The notes under the pieces were generated by a model. That model was not told where the DNA came from and ran no database searches. It saw only the letters and a list, made by a program, of their open reading frames with translations. Positions 16,746-26,151 of a DNA stretch of 41,950 nt are shown here, one piece after another. Every line of letters starts with the position of its first letter. Position 1 is the stretch's first letter. Made by a program: the position numbers and the translations under genes. Source of the DNA: an uncultured Ruminococcus sp. (GTDB lineage: Bacteria; Bacillota; Clostridia; Oscillospirales; Ruminococcaceae); assembly GCA_947175975.1 (NCBI GenBank), contig CAMWOX010000001.1, positions 1 through 41,950 on the forward strand, given 5' to 3'.

Positions 16746-17678
16746 TTATTCTTCTTTCTGATTGAAATTTTCAGAATCCGGATCTTCCTGTACACCGAAT
16801 ACGGCAGTCAGATTTTCTTCTGTGATCGCATACCGACACAGTCTGGTATCTACATCCAGTACATCCGGCACAGTAAACCAGCTGCTGCCTAAATTATTTT
16901 CCCTGTCCATGTGAATATCCAGCAAGGGTGCTTTGTCAAAATCAAGATTCATACCCATTTCGGAATAGACCTGATAGCTGTATTCTCTGGTGGGATAACA
17001 ATATTCTGATTTGAGAACAAGACCACTTTTTTCAGTCGCTGACGGTTCATATTCCCGCACATCCAGATAAGTACCATCCGCCATCATAGAACCCTGCGTC
17101 GTACAGATGCAGTTTTTATAGGGACGATAGAAGAAATTATAGCTGTAATTGCTGACTGGGATGCTGTCAGTATAAATCACCTGAAAGCCCTGATATTTAT
17201 AAAAATAAGCCGTACTGGTGGTCTGGATGAACAGCTCCGGGATGTCATCTCCGTCAAGATATAACAACAGAAATTTAATATCCGTTTTATTGCTTTCTTC
17301 TGCGAGCTGATTTTCATAGCCAGCATGTTTCAGAAATAAATAATATGCCTCCTCCCAGTCAGAGACGGCATTCTGTACTTCCGGGATATATTCTGAAACG
17401 ACCTGTGTTTCGGGAACAGTTTCTGTCACAGGTTCTATTTCTGGCCGAAAGAAAATACTCTGATATTCCATTGTCTCTTCCGGAATTTCTTCGGGATTGG
17501 CAACAGCTGGCTTTGTCTCTGTGGGAACAGTCTCCTGTTCGAGGGAGGGAATGCTTAAGATTCCCTCCAGCGTATCAGGAGCTTCCAGCTGTGCATCGCA
17601 TCCTGTTGGAATCGACAGCACACAAACAAGAACTCCGGCACAGAGAACAGATTTTCTCAGGATATTCGTCATAGACAA
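16746..17678 (-). CDS. hypothetical lipoprotein
   Basis: Signal peptide with lipobox IPTGC and a Pro/Glu/Thr-rich linker; no recognised domain. The track start is TTG; the first ATG is at 17672. Confidence 0.6.
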   Translation of the reverse strand: MSMTNILRKSVLCAGVLVCVLSIPTGCDAQLEAPDTLEGILSIPSLEQETVPTETKPAVANPEEIPEETMEYQSIFFRPEIEPVTETVPETQVVSEYIPEVQNAVSDWEEAYYLFLKHAGYENQLAEESNKTDIKFLLLYLDGDDIPELFIQTTSTAYFYKYQGFQVIYTDSIPVSNYSYNFFYRPYKNCICTTQGSMMADGTYLDVREYEPSATEKSGLVLKSEYCYPTREYSYQVYSEMGMNLDFDKAPLLDIHMDRENNLGSSWFTVPDVLDVDTRLCRYAITEENLTAVFGVQEDPDSENFNQKEE

Positions 17679-17681
17679 AAC

Positions 17682-17966
17682 TCAGTCTTTCTTGGGATTG
17701 ACAGCGTCCTTGAGGCCTCTGCCGGATTTAAATGCCGGTGCTTTTCCGGCAGGCAGCTGAATCGGCTCACCTGTACGAGGATTCAGACAACGTTTTTCTC
17801 TGCGGTCTCTGACATCGAATGTTCCGAAGCCAGTCAGAACAACTTTTTCACCCTCTGCGAGAGCATCACGGATTGTGTCAAAAACAAAATTCACATCTGC
17901 TTCAGCGTCTTTTCTCTTGCGGTCTCTCGCCTTGGCATAAAGTGCAATCAATTCAGATTTGGTCAT
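17682..17966 (-). CDS. hup: HU family nucleoid DNA-binding protein
   Basis: GFGTF...RNPRTGEPIQLPAGKAPAFK arm motif; 94 aa. Confidence 0.92.
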   Translation of the reverse strand: MTKSELIALYAKARDRKRKDAEADVNFVFDTIRDALAEGEKVVLTGFGTFDVRDRREKRCLNPRTGEPIQLPAGKAPAFKSGRGLKDAVNPKKD

Positions 17967-17993
17967 AAAAATTTCCTCCTGTAAAATAACAAA

Positions 17994-18785
17994 TTATTTT
18001 TTTGCCTGATCCCAATATGTATCCAATTCCCGGATAGATAAATCAGGCATGTTTTTCTGATCTTGCAGCACAAGCTGTTCTGTCTGTGCAAATCGCCGGA
18101 TAAATTTCTGCGTTGCCTTGGAAAGAGCCTGTTCTGCATCAATATTTAATTTCCGGGCTGTATTCACACAAGAAAACAGCAAATCGCCGAGTTCTTCTTC
18201 TGTGTGTACCGGATCATCGGACTGCATAGCATCCTGCAACTCTTCGTATTCAGAGCCAATACAAGCACACGCATCCTGTACAGTTTCAAAATCCATCCCG
18301 GCACGGGCAGCCCGTTTACCGACTTTCTGCGCCCTTGTGAGTGCCGGAAGAGACTTTGCTACACTGTTGAGCGTGTCTGCATAAGTCTCCTGGTGCTTGG
18401 TTTCTTTTTTAATCTGATCCCAGTTTTTCAGAACTGTTTCTGGATTTTCTGCTTTGACATCGCCGAACACATGAGGATGCCGGATGATTAATTTCTTGCA
18501 GATCTCATCACAGACAGTCTCAAAATCAAATGCTTGTTCTTCTTCGGCAAGCACACAGTGAAAAATAACCTGCAACAGAACATCACCGAGTTCTTCCCGC
18601 ATCAGATCCATGTCCAGCAGATCAATTGCTTCCACAGCTTCATAAGCTTCTTCCAGAAAATCATTCCGGATGGATCTGTGATCCTGTTCTTTGTCCCAGG
18701 GGCAACCGCCGGGACTGCGGAGCAATTTCACGATCTCCCGAAGATCCTGTATTGTGTATGTTTCTTTCTGCTGATAGTCTACCAT
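17994..18785 (-). CDS. mazG: MazG nucleoside triphosphate pyrophosphohydrolase (YabN C-terminal type)
   Basis: Two tandem MazG repeats: CPWDKEQDHRSI...EEAYEAVEAI...ELGDVLLQV, and EYEELQDA...EELGDLLF. Confidence 0.9.
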   Translation of the reverse strand: MVDYQQKETYTIQDLREIVKLLRSPGGCPWDKEQDHRSIRNDFLEEAYEAVEAIDLLDMDLMREELGDVLLQVIFHCVLAEEEQAFDFETVCDEICKKLIIRHPHVFGDVKAENPETVLKNWDQIKKETKHQETYADTLNSVAKSLPALTRAQKVGKRAARAGMDFETVQDACACIGSEYEELQDAMQSDDPVHTEEELGDLLFSCVNTARKLNIDAEQALSKATQKFIRRFAQTEQLVLQDQKNMPDLSIRELDTYWDQAKK

Positions 18786-18791
18786 CCGGCA

Positions 18792-19811
18792 TCACCTGAT
18801 TTCCGAAGCAACAAAGCCGATCTTGCGATAGACTTTATTTAAAATTCTCTGGGAGTAACGCAGAGCCTCTGTGCCGCATCTGGTATAGCATTCTTTCAGA
18901 TATGCCTTATCCGCAATCAGTCTTGCATATTCTTCCCGAACGGGTGCAAGATGGTCTGCGACTGCCTCTCCGACAGCAAGCTTAAATACACCATAGCCCT
19001 GCCCCTCAAATTCTTTTTCAGCATCCGGAATAGATTTTCCTGTCACAGCCGAATAAATCGTCAGCAGGTTATTAATACCGTCTTTACCCTCCCGGAATCT
19101 GATTTCCGATTCACTGTCAGTGACGGCACGTTTGCATTTCCGGATGATCGTGTCTTTATCATCCAGAATTAAAATAACAGCATTCGGATTTTCGTCAGAT
19201 TTTGACATTTTCTTTGTCGGATCTTGCAGGGACATGACTTTTGCACCGACCGGAGAGACATACCCCTCCGGAATCGTGAACAGATCGCCATATCTGCTGT
19301 TGAATCTTCTGGCAATTGTCCGTGCAAGCTCCAGATGCTGCATCTGATCAGCACCAACCGGGACTAAATCCGCATTATAAACCAGAATATCCGCCGCCAT
19401 CAATACAGGATAATCAAATAAGCCTGCGTTAATATCTTCCGGATGTTTCTGGCTTTTGTCCTTGAACTGCGTCATTCTGGATAATTCACCGAACTGTGCA
19501 GAGCAATTCAGCACCCAGGACAACTGCGCATGGGTCGGCACGTGACTTTGGATAAATAACAGGGATTTCTCCAGATCAATCCCACAGGCTAATAACTGTG
19601 CATAAGCCTCCAGCGTCTTTTGCCGGAGCTTTGCTGGTTCTATTTTTACTGTAATGGCATGTTCATCCACAACACAGTAAATACAGCGGTAATCATCCTG
19701 TAAGGGTTTCCAGTTCCGGATTGCACCAATATAATTTCCCAGTGTGAATGTTCCGGTAGGCTGAATCCCGCTGAAGATCAGTTTTTTCTGTTCTGTCTGC
19801 TGTTCGCTCAT
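18792..19811 (-). CDS. trpS: tryptophan--tRNA ligase
   Basis: GIQPTG...LGNYIG (HIGH-class motif region), GADQMQHLEL, KMSKS; 339 aa. Confidence 0.93.
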   Translation of the reverse strand: MSEQQTEQKKLIFSGIQPTGTFTLGNYIGAIRNWKPLQDDYRCIYCVVDEHAITVKIEPAKLRQKTLEAYAQLLACGIDLEKSLLFIQSHVPTHAQLSWVLNCSAQFGELSRMTQFKDKSQKHPEDINAGLFDYPVLMAADILVYNADLVPVGADQMQHLELARTIARRFNSRYGDLFTIPEGYVSPVGAKVMSLQDPTKKMSKSDENPNAVILILDDKDTIIRKCKRAVTDSESEIRFREGKDGINNLLTIYSAVTGKSIPDAEKEFEGQGYGVFKLAVGEAVADHLAPVREEYARLIADKAYLKECYTRCGTEALRYSQRILNKVYRKIGFVASEIR

Positions 19812-20350
19812 GCCTGATTACCACTTTCAGGAAGATTTCCTGCATCACGAAGCTGTGCCACTCTCAATGCACCCATCACCTGCTGATACAGATGATACAC
19901 CACACGCTTTTCTTTCGTATCTGTATAGATCGCCTGCGGATTGATTTCTGCCTTGAAAATTCCTCTCTTGGTCAGCATATAAATATAATGCATGCCTGCT
20001 ACCGGAAGCGGAAACTGGGAAGTTCTCTTGCAGGTCTGCTTCAAGGGAGTGGCATTGACAACCAGATTTCTTGCTGCCTGTACAACAGATTTATATTTCG
20101 TTGATGCACCAGTATATTCACCACCATTATTGAAATATAGATTTGCTGCACCGTTGATAAAGCATACCATGGAAGCCATCACTGTCTGCCCCATTGGAAT
20201 GTCAATGACAATACCATAAACCTCGTCAGCTTTGAATTTCATATTGGAAAACTGTGCCGGCGGAATATGCAAGGCACTGTTTCTGGTCGCCAGATATTTC
20301 GGCGTAACCGGATAGGGATCAAGTGGGGAGCGTCTTCTTACTACTGCCAT
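19808..20350 (-). CDS. conserved-looking hypothetical protein of unknown function
   Basis: 180-aa ORF with no motif I can assign. Its TGA overlaps the trpS ATG (ATGA). Confidence 0.6.
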   Translation of the reverse strand: MAVVRRRSPLDPYPVTPKYLATRNSALHIPPAQFSNMKFKADEVYGIVIDIPMGQTVMASMVCFINGAANLYFNNGGEYTGASTKYKSVVQAARNLVVNATPLKQTCKRTSQFPLPVAGMHYIYMLTKRGIFKAEINPQAIYTDTKEKRVVYHLYQQVMGALRVAQLRDAGNLPESGNQA

Positions 20351-20373
20351 AATAAAATCCTTTCTTGTTAATT

Positions 20374-21567
20374 TTAATCAAATAATTTTTTTGTGAGTTG
20401 TCCCAGAATTTCAATGCCCTTGTCAATGGCATCATCCGTCGGCGTGGAATAATTCAGCCGGAACGAACTGGTCTGATCGTTCTCTGACACCATGAAGGCA
20501 TTACCAGGGACAACTGCAATCTTGTATTCCTGAACAGCCTGCTGACAGAACCCTGTCATATTACAGCCATCCGGGAGTGTACACCACAGGAACAGACCGC
20601 CCTCAGGACGGGTATAGGCAATTTTTTCAGAAAAATGTTTCTGAATGCCGGAAAGCATTCTTTCTGCTTTTTGCTGATAAATTGCCCGGAGTTTTGCCAG
20701 ATGTGCATCAAAATCAACTTTGTTCATAAATTCATAAGCGAGCATCTGACCGAAATTATTCGTATGCACATCGGAGACTTGCTTGCAGACAGTCATCTTG
20801 GAGATAATCTCTCTAGGAGCAATGCCATAGCCGACACGGATACCCGGTGCAAGGACTTTGGAGAAACTGCCGGCATAGATCACTCTTCCGTCTGTATCCA
20901 TGCTCTTGAAAGATGGTACATCCTGCCCAGCAAAACGCAGATCTCCATAGGGATTATCTTCCAGTATGATAGTATTATATTTCTGTGCAAGTGCATATAT
21001 TATCTTACGACGTTCGAGAGTCGTCGTCTTTCCTGTCGGATTCTGAAAATTAGGAATCAGATAAATCAATTTTGTATTGGGATTTTCTCTGAGAGCCTGT
21101 TCGAGCAATTCCGGGTTCATGCCGTCCTCATCCAGCGGCACACCTACCAGATTTACATTGTAGGACTTGAATGCATTGAGAGAACCAATAAAGCTAGGTG
21201 CTTCACAAATCAGCGTATCGCCGGGATTGCAAAGCGATTTACAGGCTAATTCCATGACCTGCTGTGCGCCTGATGTAATCATCAGTTCATCTCTGTCCGG
21301 ATTAAAATTTTGCTGCTGTTGCATTCTGCCTTTGAGAAGTTCACGCAATGGCTGATATCCCTCTGTGATGCCGTACTGCAAAACGGCAATGGGATTCTGT
21401 TCCAGGAGCTGTGCAGAGATTTCCTGGATCATTTCCACCGGGAATGCCTCCGGTGCAGGATTGCCTGCTGCGAAAGAAATCACACCAGGCACGGACGTAA
21501 ATTTCAGGATCTCACGGATTGCAGAAGCCTGCAAGTGAGAAACCTTTTCAGAAAACTGATACTGCAT
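20374..21567 (-). CDS. PLP-dependent aminotransferase, class I/II
   Basis: NPxNPTG-like FQNPTGKT and the SFSKVLAPGIRVGY PLP-lysine motif; 397 aa. Confidence 0.85.
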   Translation of the reverse strand: MQYQFSEKVSHLQASAIREILKFTSVPGVISFAAGNPAPEAFPVEMIQEISAQLLEQNPIAVLQYGITEGYQPLRELLKGRMQQQQNFNPDRDELMITSGAQQVMELACKSLCNPGDTLICEAPSFIGSLNAFKSYNVNLVGVPLDEDGMNPELLEQALRENPNTKLIYLIPNFQNPTGKTTTLERRKIIYALAQKYNTIILEDNPYGDLRFAGQDVPSFKSMDTDGRVIYAGSFSKVLAPGIRVGYGIAPREIISKMTVCKQVSDVHTNNFGQMLAYEFMNKVDFDAHLAKLRAIYQQKAERMLSGIQKHFSEKIAYTRPEGGLFLWCTLPDGCNMTGFCQQAVQEYKIAVVPGNAFMVSENDQTSSFRLNYSTPTDDAIDKGIEILGQLTKKLFD

Positions 21568-21640
21568 AATATCATCCTTTTGACTGCTATTTTTTTTAGA
21601 TTTCTATTTCCGGTCACTCTATTTTCAGAGTGCTGATTCT

Positions 21641-21669
21641 ATTATAGCATATAATTTTCATTTCGGCAA
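21641..21669 (-). promoter_or_regulatory. sigma-A promoter of the aminotransferase-trpS-mazG-hup gene string
   Basis: Minus strand reads TTGCCG-17 nt-TGc-TATAAT. Confidence 0.55.
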
Positions 21670-21714
21670 CAGAAATTTTAAAAAATTTCTGTGAATTTCT
21701 GAAAAAATTTTCAG
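21670..21714. promoter_or_regulatory. two adjacent AT-rich palindromes (possible operator or UP element)
   Basis: CAGAAATTTT-AA-AAAATTTCTG (21670-21691) and CTGAAAA-AA-TTTTCAG (21699-21714). They abut the -35 of the minus-strand promoter. Confidence 0.35.
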
Positions 21715-21752
21715 GGATGTTCCTGAACGAATTGTGAAAGGGGATTTTTGAC

Positions 21753-23393
21753 ATGAAAAAGCAAAGTTTTCTCCATGCCTCTCTGCTGCTGACAGGTTCA
21801 GCCATATTCGCCAAGCTGTGTGGTGCTTTATTCAAACTGCCGCTGACAAATCTCCTTGGCGGAACAGGCATGGGATATTTCAGCTGTGCATACGGACTCT
21901 TTCTGCCATTATATGCTGTATTCGTGACCGGAATCTCCACAGCGGTAGCAAGACCGACGGCAGATTTTGCAGGACGGAAAGAATATCATTCTGCACTAAG
22001 AGTCCGGCATGTTGCAAGAATCCTCTGTCTGGGAATGGGACTTGCCGGAATGACTCTGGCAATTCTGCTTGCAAAATATTTCACAATCCGGACTTCGGGA
22101 TCACTGGAGGCATATCCAGCAGTCCTGGCAATTGCACCGGCTGTACTGTTATGCTGTCTGACGGCTGTGGAACGTGGCTATTATGAGGGATTATGCAGTA
22201 TGACACCCACGGCTGTCTCACAGGCACTGGAAGCCGTGACAAAACTGGTCTCTGGCTTATTTCTCGGAAAATTCTTCTACGATTCCAATTTTCTGATTCT
22301 AGAGAACTATTCTCCCGAAAGCCGAGGTTCTTTCGGTGCAGTTCTTGGTGTCACGATTTCCACTTTGGCAGGATACCTCTGCATGATCTTCCGGAATCTG
22401 ATTCAGGATAAAAACAAAAATCACCCTCAACAAAAGCCTGTCCCCTCAGACCGGAAAATTTTGAAACTCCTGATCCGGCTCATGATTCCGGCGGCTCTGG
22501 GTGCATTAGTTACAAATCTCACTTCCCTGGTTGATTTACTGACAATCATGCGATGTTTCCAGAATATGCTTTCTGAAAACGTTGCAGAATTTTATCAGAA
22601 AGCCTGCATTCCGCAAGAAATTCCGGTACAGGAAGCCTCTGCATTTGTCTATGGCTCTTTTATGGGATTATCTGTGACTGTATTCAATCTCGTTCCCTCT
22701 CTCACGAATATGCTCGCAAAAGGTGTTCTGCCTTGTACTGCCCAGGCATGGGCTGCCGGTGACCGAAAATCTGCCGCTGATTATGCAAGACAAGTCCTGA
22801 TTCTGACTGGTGTGGTTGCCATTCCGGCAGGATGCGGCATTTTTGCACTATCTGAACCGATTCTGCAATTTTTATTTGCCGGACGGGACGCAGAAATCGC
22901 TGCTGCCGCCGCCGGACTACAATGGCTTTCCCCTGCCCTGCTGTTTCTCTGTCTGGCATTTCCGGTATTCAGTTTATTGCAGGCAATCGGAAAAGAAAAT
23001 CTGCCTGTCAGAATCATGCTTGCTGGAATCGTAGTCAAAATCCTCTGCAATTTCCTGCTGATTCCGGTATTCTGTACAGCGGGGGCGGCGATTTCCACAA
23101 GTCTGTGCTATTTTGTAATCCTGATTCTGGCAATTCTGGCACTCCGGAAAGAACTTGGCATGAAACTACATATTTTGAAACCATTCCTGTCTCAGCTCTG
23201 GGGAGGCATGTTATGTGCAGGTTCTGCGTGGGTCTGCTATGACAGGATGACAGCACATGCACTTTCCCAAAGAATTGCACTGATGCTGGCAATTCTTTGT
23301 GCTGTCCTGATCTATGCACTTGTATTATGTTTGACATCACAGAAAGAATATCAGAATATCCTGATTCAGAAAACCAATATGAACCAGGCATAA
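21753..23393 (+). CDS. MOP-superfamily flippase (MurJ/SpoVB/YabM-type polysaccharide biosynthesis protein)
   Basis: 546 aa and about 14 TM segments. The N-terminus LLLTGSAIFAKLCGALFKLPLTNLLGGTGMGYF is typical of SpoVB/YabM. Synteny with mazG. Confidence 0.8.
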   Translation: MKKQSFLHASLLLTGSAIFAKLCGALFKLPLTNLLGGTGMGYFSCAYGLFLPLYAVFVTGISTAVARPTADFAGRKEYHSALRVRHVARILCLGMGLAGMTLAILLAKYFTIRTSGSLEAYPAVLAIAPAVLLCCLTAVERGYYEGLCSMTPTAVSQALEAVTKLVSGLFLGKFFYDSNFLILENYSPESRGSFGAVLGVTISTLAGYLCMIFRNLIQDKNKNHPQQKPVPSDRKILKLLIRLMIPAALGALVTNLTSLVDLLTIMRCFQNMLSENVAEFYQKACIPQEIPVQEASAFVYGSFMGLSVTVFNLVPSLTNMLAKGVLPCTAQAWAAGDRKSAADYARQVLILTGVVAIPAGCGIFALSEPILQFLFAGRDAEIAAAAAGLQWLSPALLFLCLAFPVFSLLQAIGKENLPVRIMLAGIVVKILCNFLLIPVFCTAGAAISTSLCYFVILILAILALRKELGMKLHILKPFLSQLWGGMLCAGSAWVCYDRMTAHALSQRIALMLAILCAVLIYALVLCLTSQKEYQNILIQKTNMNQA

Positions 23394-23414
23394 GCAGAGA
23401 AATCAATTTTTGTC

Positions 23415-23443
23415 TTGACAGGCATTCCCATCTGTGTTATACT
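23415..23443 (+). promoter_or_regulatory. sigma-A promoter for ispD-ispF and downstream genes
   Basis: TTGACA-17 nt-TGt-TATACT. Confidence 0.6.
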
Positions 23444-23487
23444 TATTAATGAATATATCTTATTGCTCATACATAAGGACTGATTCT

Positions 23488-24174
23488 ATGCCAGAAACAA
23501 ATAAACCCGATACTTCTGTGATCCTGGTCTGTGCCGGCAATGCCTCACGCATGAACGGTGTCAATAAAATCCTCATGCCCCTTGGAAAAAGTAATGTGAT
23601 TGGCATCTGTATGCAGGCATTTCAGCAATGCGAAGATGTCGCAGAAATCATCATTGTTACAAAATCCGAACATGCACAGGCAATCCGGGAAACGGCAGAA
23701 TCTTTGCAGATCTCCAAATTAACACAGATTACAGATGGCGGTGCAACCCGTCAGGAAAGTGTAATGCAAGGACTGAAACTTGTTTCCAAATTCACAAATT
23801 ATATTGCTGTCCATGATGGTGCAAGACCTCTTGTGAAACCGGAGCATATTTCCAAAGTCATCCGGGATGCGAGAGTATTCGGCGGTGCGACACTTGGTGT
23901 TCCTGTAAAAGACACGATCAAGATTGTAGACGACGGTCTGATTACAGATACACCTCCCCGGCACACTCTCTACATAACACAGACACCGCAGGTATTCCGG
24001 AAAAGACTTTATTTTGAAGCCGTTGATTTCGCACTGGAACATCATCTTGATTTTACGGACGACTGCCAGCTTGTCGAATCTATTGGTGGCAAAGTCTGCA
24101 TGACAACCGGAGATTATACAAATATCAAAATCACAACACCAGAAGACAGAGCCATTGCGGAGGTATTATTATGA
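23488..24174 (+). CDS. ispD: 2-C-methyl-D-erythritol 4-phosphate cytidylyltransferase
   Basis: Start moved to the ATG at 23488 (AAGGA RBS). [12 protein letters not shown] (P-loop-like), [15 protein letters not shown]. Confidence 0.9.
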   Translation: MPETNKPDTSVILVCAGNASRMNGVNKILMPLGKSNVIGICMQAFQQCEDVAEIIIVTKSEHAQAIRETAESLQISKLTQITDGGATRQESVMQGLKLVSKFTNYIAVHDGARPLVKPEHISKVIRDARVFGGATLGVPVKDTIKIVDDGLITDTPPRHTLYITQTPQVFRKRLYFEAVDFALEHHLDFTDDCQLVESIGGKVCMTTGDYTNIKITTPEDRAIAEVLL

Positions 24175-24650
24175 TTAGAATTGGACACGGTTATGATGTA
24201 CATCAACTTGTACCAGATCGGAAGCTAATTCTCGGCGGTGTAAAAATACCTCATACACTGGGATTACTGGGGCATTCTGATGCGGATGTGTTACTACATG
24301 CCATTGCGGATGCCCTGCTCGGTGCGCTTGCACTCGGCGATATCGGAAAACATTTCCCTGACACAGATCCGACATATCAGAATGCCGACAGCCTGGAATT
24401 ACTGAAACATGTTGTTTCCCTGATAGAACAACAAAATTACAGACTCGGCAATCTGGATGCAATCGTCATTGCCCAGAAGCCGAAACTTGCACCCTATATC
24501 CCGGAAATGCGCCGGAATATCGCCGATGCCTGTAATGCAGATCTCTCACAGATTAGCATCAAGGCAACCACCGAAGAACGTCTCGGATTCACTGGTGAAG
24601 AGAAAGGCATTTCTGCACACTGTGTTGCTTTATTAATTGACTGCACATAA
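24171..24650 (+). CDS. ispF: 2-C-methyl-D-erythritol 2,4-cyclodiphosphate synthase
   Basis: [30 protein letters not shown]; ATGA overlap with ispD. Confidence 0.93.
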   Translation: MIRIGHGYDVHQLVPDRKLILGGVKIPHTLGLLGHSDADVLLHAIADALLGALALGDIGKHFPDTDPTYQNADSLELLKHVVSLIEQQNYRLGNLDAIVIAQKPKLAPYIPEMRRNIADACNADLSQISIKATTEERLGFTGEEKGISAHCVALLIDCT

Positions 24651-24701
24651 TCATAAACCATGTCATATCATATAGTATTATCTTGCAGAAGGGGTGATAC
24701 T

Positions 24702-24923
24702 ATGATATGCATGGCGGTTCTGCCGTCGGACACGTTTGCACACAAAGCACAACGCATTCTGACTGCAAACGGCTATCAATGTGAAATGATCCGCACCACC
24801 AGCCAGAAAGAAGGCTGTATTTTCGGGATCAGAATCAATGGTGATCCAGAACAGATCCGGATCTTGCTGCAACGAGGGAGTGTCCCTGTCAGAAGTCTGC
24901 GAATTGAGCGTGATGATGCATGA
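24702..24923 (+). CDS. DUF3343-like small protein (putative S/Se carrier-like)
   Basis: 73 aa from the ATG at 24702 (AAGGGGTGA RBS). Its size, and its coupling (ATGA) to a class V aminotransferase, are typical of DUF3343. The call is tentative. Confidence 0.55.
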   Translation: MICMAVLPSDTFAHKAQRILTANGYQCEMIRTTSQKEGCIFGIRINGDPEQIRILLQRGSVPVRSLRIERDDA

Positions 24924-26062
24924 CAGTAAATTTTGACAATGCTGCGACCACATTCCCCAAGCCGCCGGAAGTCAGGCTTGCTGTGGAAAAAGCCATTGTA
25001 CGCTATGGCAGCTCCGGCAGGGGCAGCCATCCGATTGCACTCCGGGGTTCTGAGCTGATTTATTCTTCCAGAGAAGTAATCTCTGATTTCTTCGGCGCAG
25101 AACCGGAAAATGTAATCCTAACAGCCAACTGCACGCATGCGCTGAATATTGCGATTCAGGGCATTGCCGCAACGCATCAGAATGCCCATGTGATCATCAG
25201 CCAGATGGAGCATAACTCCGTGCTGAGACCCGTCTACGCACTTGCCAAGAAAAAACAGATCCGGTACAGTATCGCAGAAGTAAAACCGTCAAAGGCTGAA
25301 ACACTGGAAAATTTTGCGAAACTGATCCGTTCCGATACCATTGCAGTGATCTGTACGATTGCAAGCAATGTCACAGGACAGATTCTTCCCTGGAAAGAAA
25401 TTGGCACTCTGTGCCAGGAGAAAAATATCTGCTTTATTGCGGATGGCGCACAGGCATGTGGCTTACTGCCGGTCAATATGCAATCAGATCATATTAATAT
25501 TCTCTGTACGGCAGGACACAAAGCACTGTACGGCATTACAGGCACAGGGCTTTTGCTTTCTGATGGCAAATACCAGCTCCCGCCTTTAATGCAGGGCGGC
25601 TCAGGAAGCATGTCTAATCTGCCGGAAATGCCGGATTTTCTGCCGGATTCCCTGGAAGCCGGAACGCTGAACCTGATCGGCGCAGCATCTTTAAAAGCCG
25701 GAATTTCTTTTGTAAAGAAAAAAGGCATTGAAACTATTTTCAAATCCGAAACTGCACTCTGCAATGCACTTTGTGAAAAACTCCGAAAAAATCCGGATGT
25801 GATCCTCTATCGGAATCCTGAATCGGACTATGTGCCGCTTGTATCGTTTAATCTCAGAAACAGACCCGCAGAGGAAGTGGCTTCTGCACTGGGCAAAAAA
25901 GGTTTCTGTCTGCGTGCCGGACTGCATTGCGCACCTCTGGCGCATTATTTTCTGCACACAGTAGAACCCTACCAGGGAACTGTCCGTTTTGCACCCTCCG
26001 TATTTTCGGGAATGCCGGACACGCTCCGGCTTGCAGAAACAATTGCCGGATTGAATCTGTAA
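24920..26062 (+). CDS. class V aminotransferase / cysteine desulfurase family protein
   Basis: TAGHKALYG PLP-lysine motif; N-terminal FDNAATT; 380 aa. Confidence 0.85.
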   Translation: MTVNFDNAATTFPKPPEVRLAVEKAIVRYGSSGRGSHPIALRGSELIYSSREVISDFFGAEPENVILTANCTHALNIAIQGIAATHQNAHVIISQMEHNSVLRPVYALAKKKQIRYSIAEVKPSKAETLENFAKLIRSDTIAVICTIASNVTGQILPWKEIGTLCQEKNICFIADGAQACGLLPVNMQSDHINILCTAGHKALYGITGTGLLLSDGKYQLPPLMQGGSGSMSNLPEMPDFLPDSLEAGTLNLIGAASLKAGISFVKKKGIETIFKSETALCNALCEKLRKNPDVILYRNPESDYVPLVSFNLRNRPAEEVASALGKKGFCLRAGLHCAPLAHYFLHTVEPYQGTVRFAPSVFSGMPDTLRLAETIAGLNL

Positions 26063-26073
26063 TCATTCTGTTG

Positions 26074-26102
26074 TTGCAAATTCTAAAAAACAATGGTATG
26101 AT
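26074..26102 (+). promoter_or_regulatory. sigma-A promoter for cdaA-cdaR
   Basis: TTGCAA-17 nt-TGg-TATGAT. Confidence 0.6.
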
Positions 26103-26110
26103 AAAATAAG

Positions 26111-26132
26111 CCGGAGAGCATCTGCTCTCCGG
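26111..26132 (+). promoter_or_regulatory. 5'-proximal GC-rich stem-loop in the cdaA leader
   Basis: 9-bp stem CCGGAGAGC/GCTCTCCGG with loop ATCT. Begins about 2 nt after the predicted TSS and has no U-tract. The AAAGGAAG RBS follows. Confidence 0.45.
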
Positions 26133-26151
26133 TCAGAAAGGAAGTGTACCA

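Noticed and set aside
20635-21249. 204-aa ORF antisense to the aminotransferase. The same was noted for 39873-40487 (antisense to glgA), 36882-37394 (antisense to wzt) and 12100-12528 (antisense to the amidohydrolase).
   Set aside because: Each lies entirely inside a well-supported gene on the other strand, has a Cys/Ile/Phe/Arg-rich composition typical of antisense frames, and has no RBS or recognisable motif.
20351-21640. Search for a T-box or other riboswitch leader serving trpS
   Set aside because: The non-coding stretches are short (23 nt and about 70 nt downstream of the promoter). They lack the conserved T-box sequence and any terminator/antiterminator pair.
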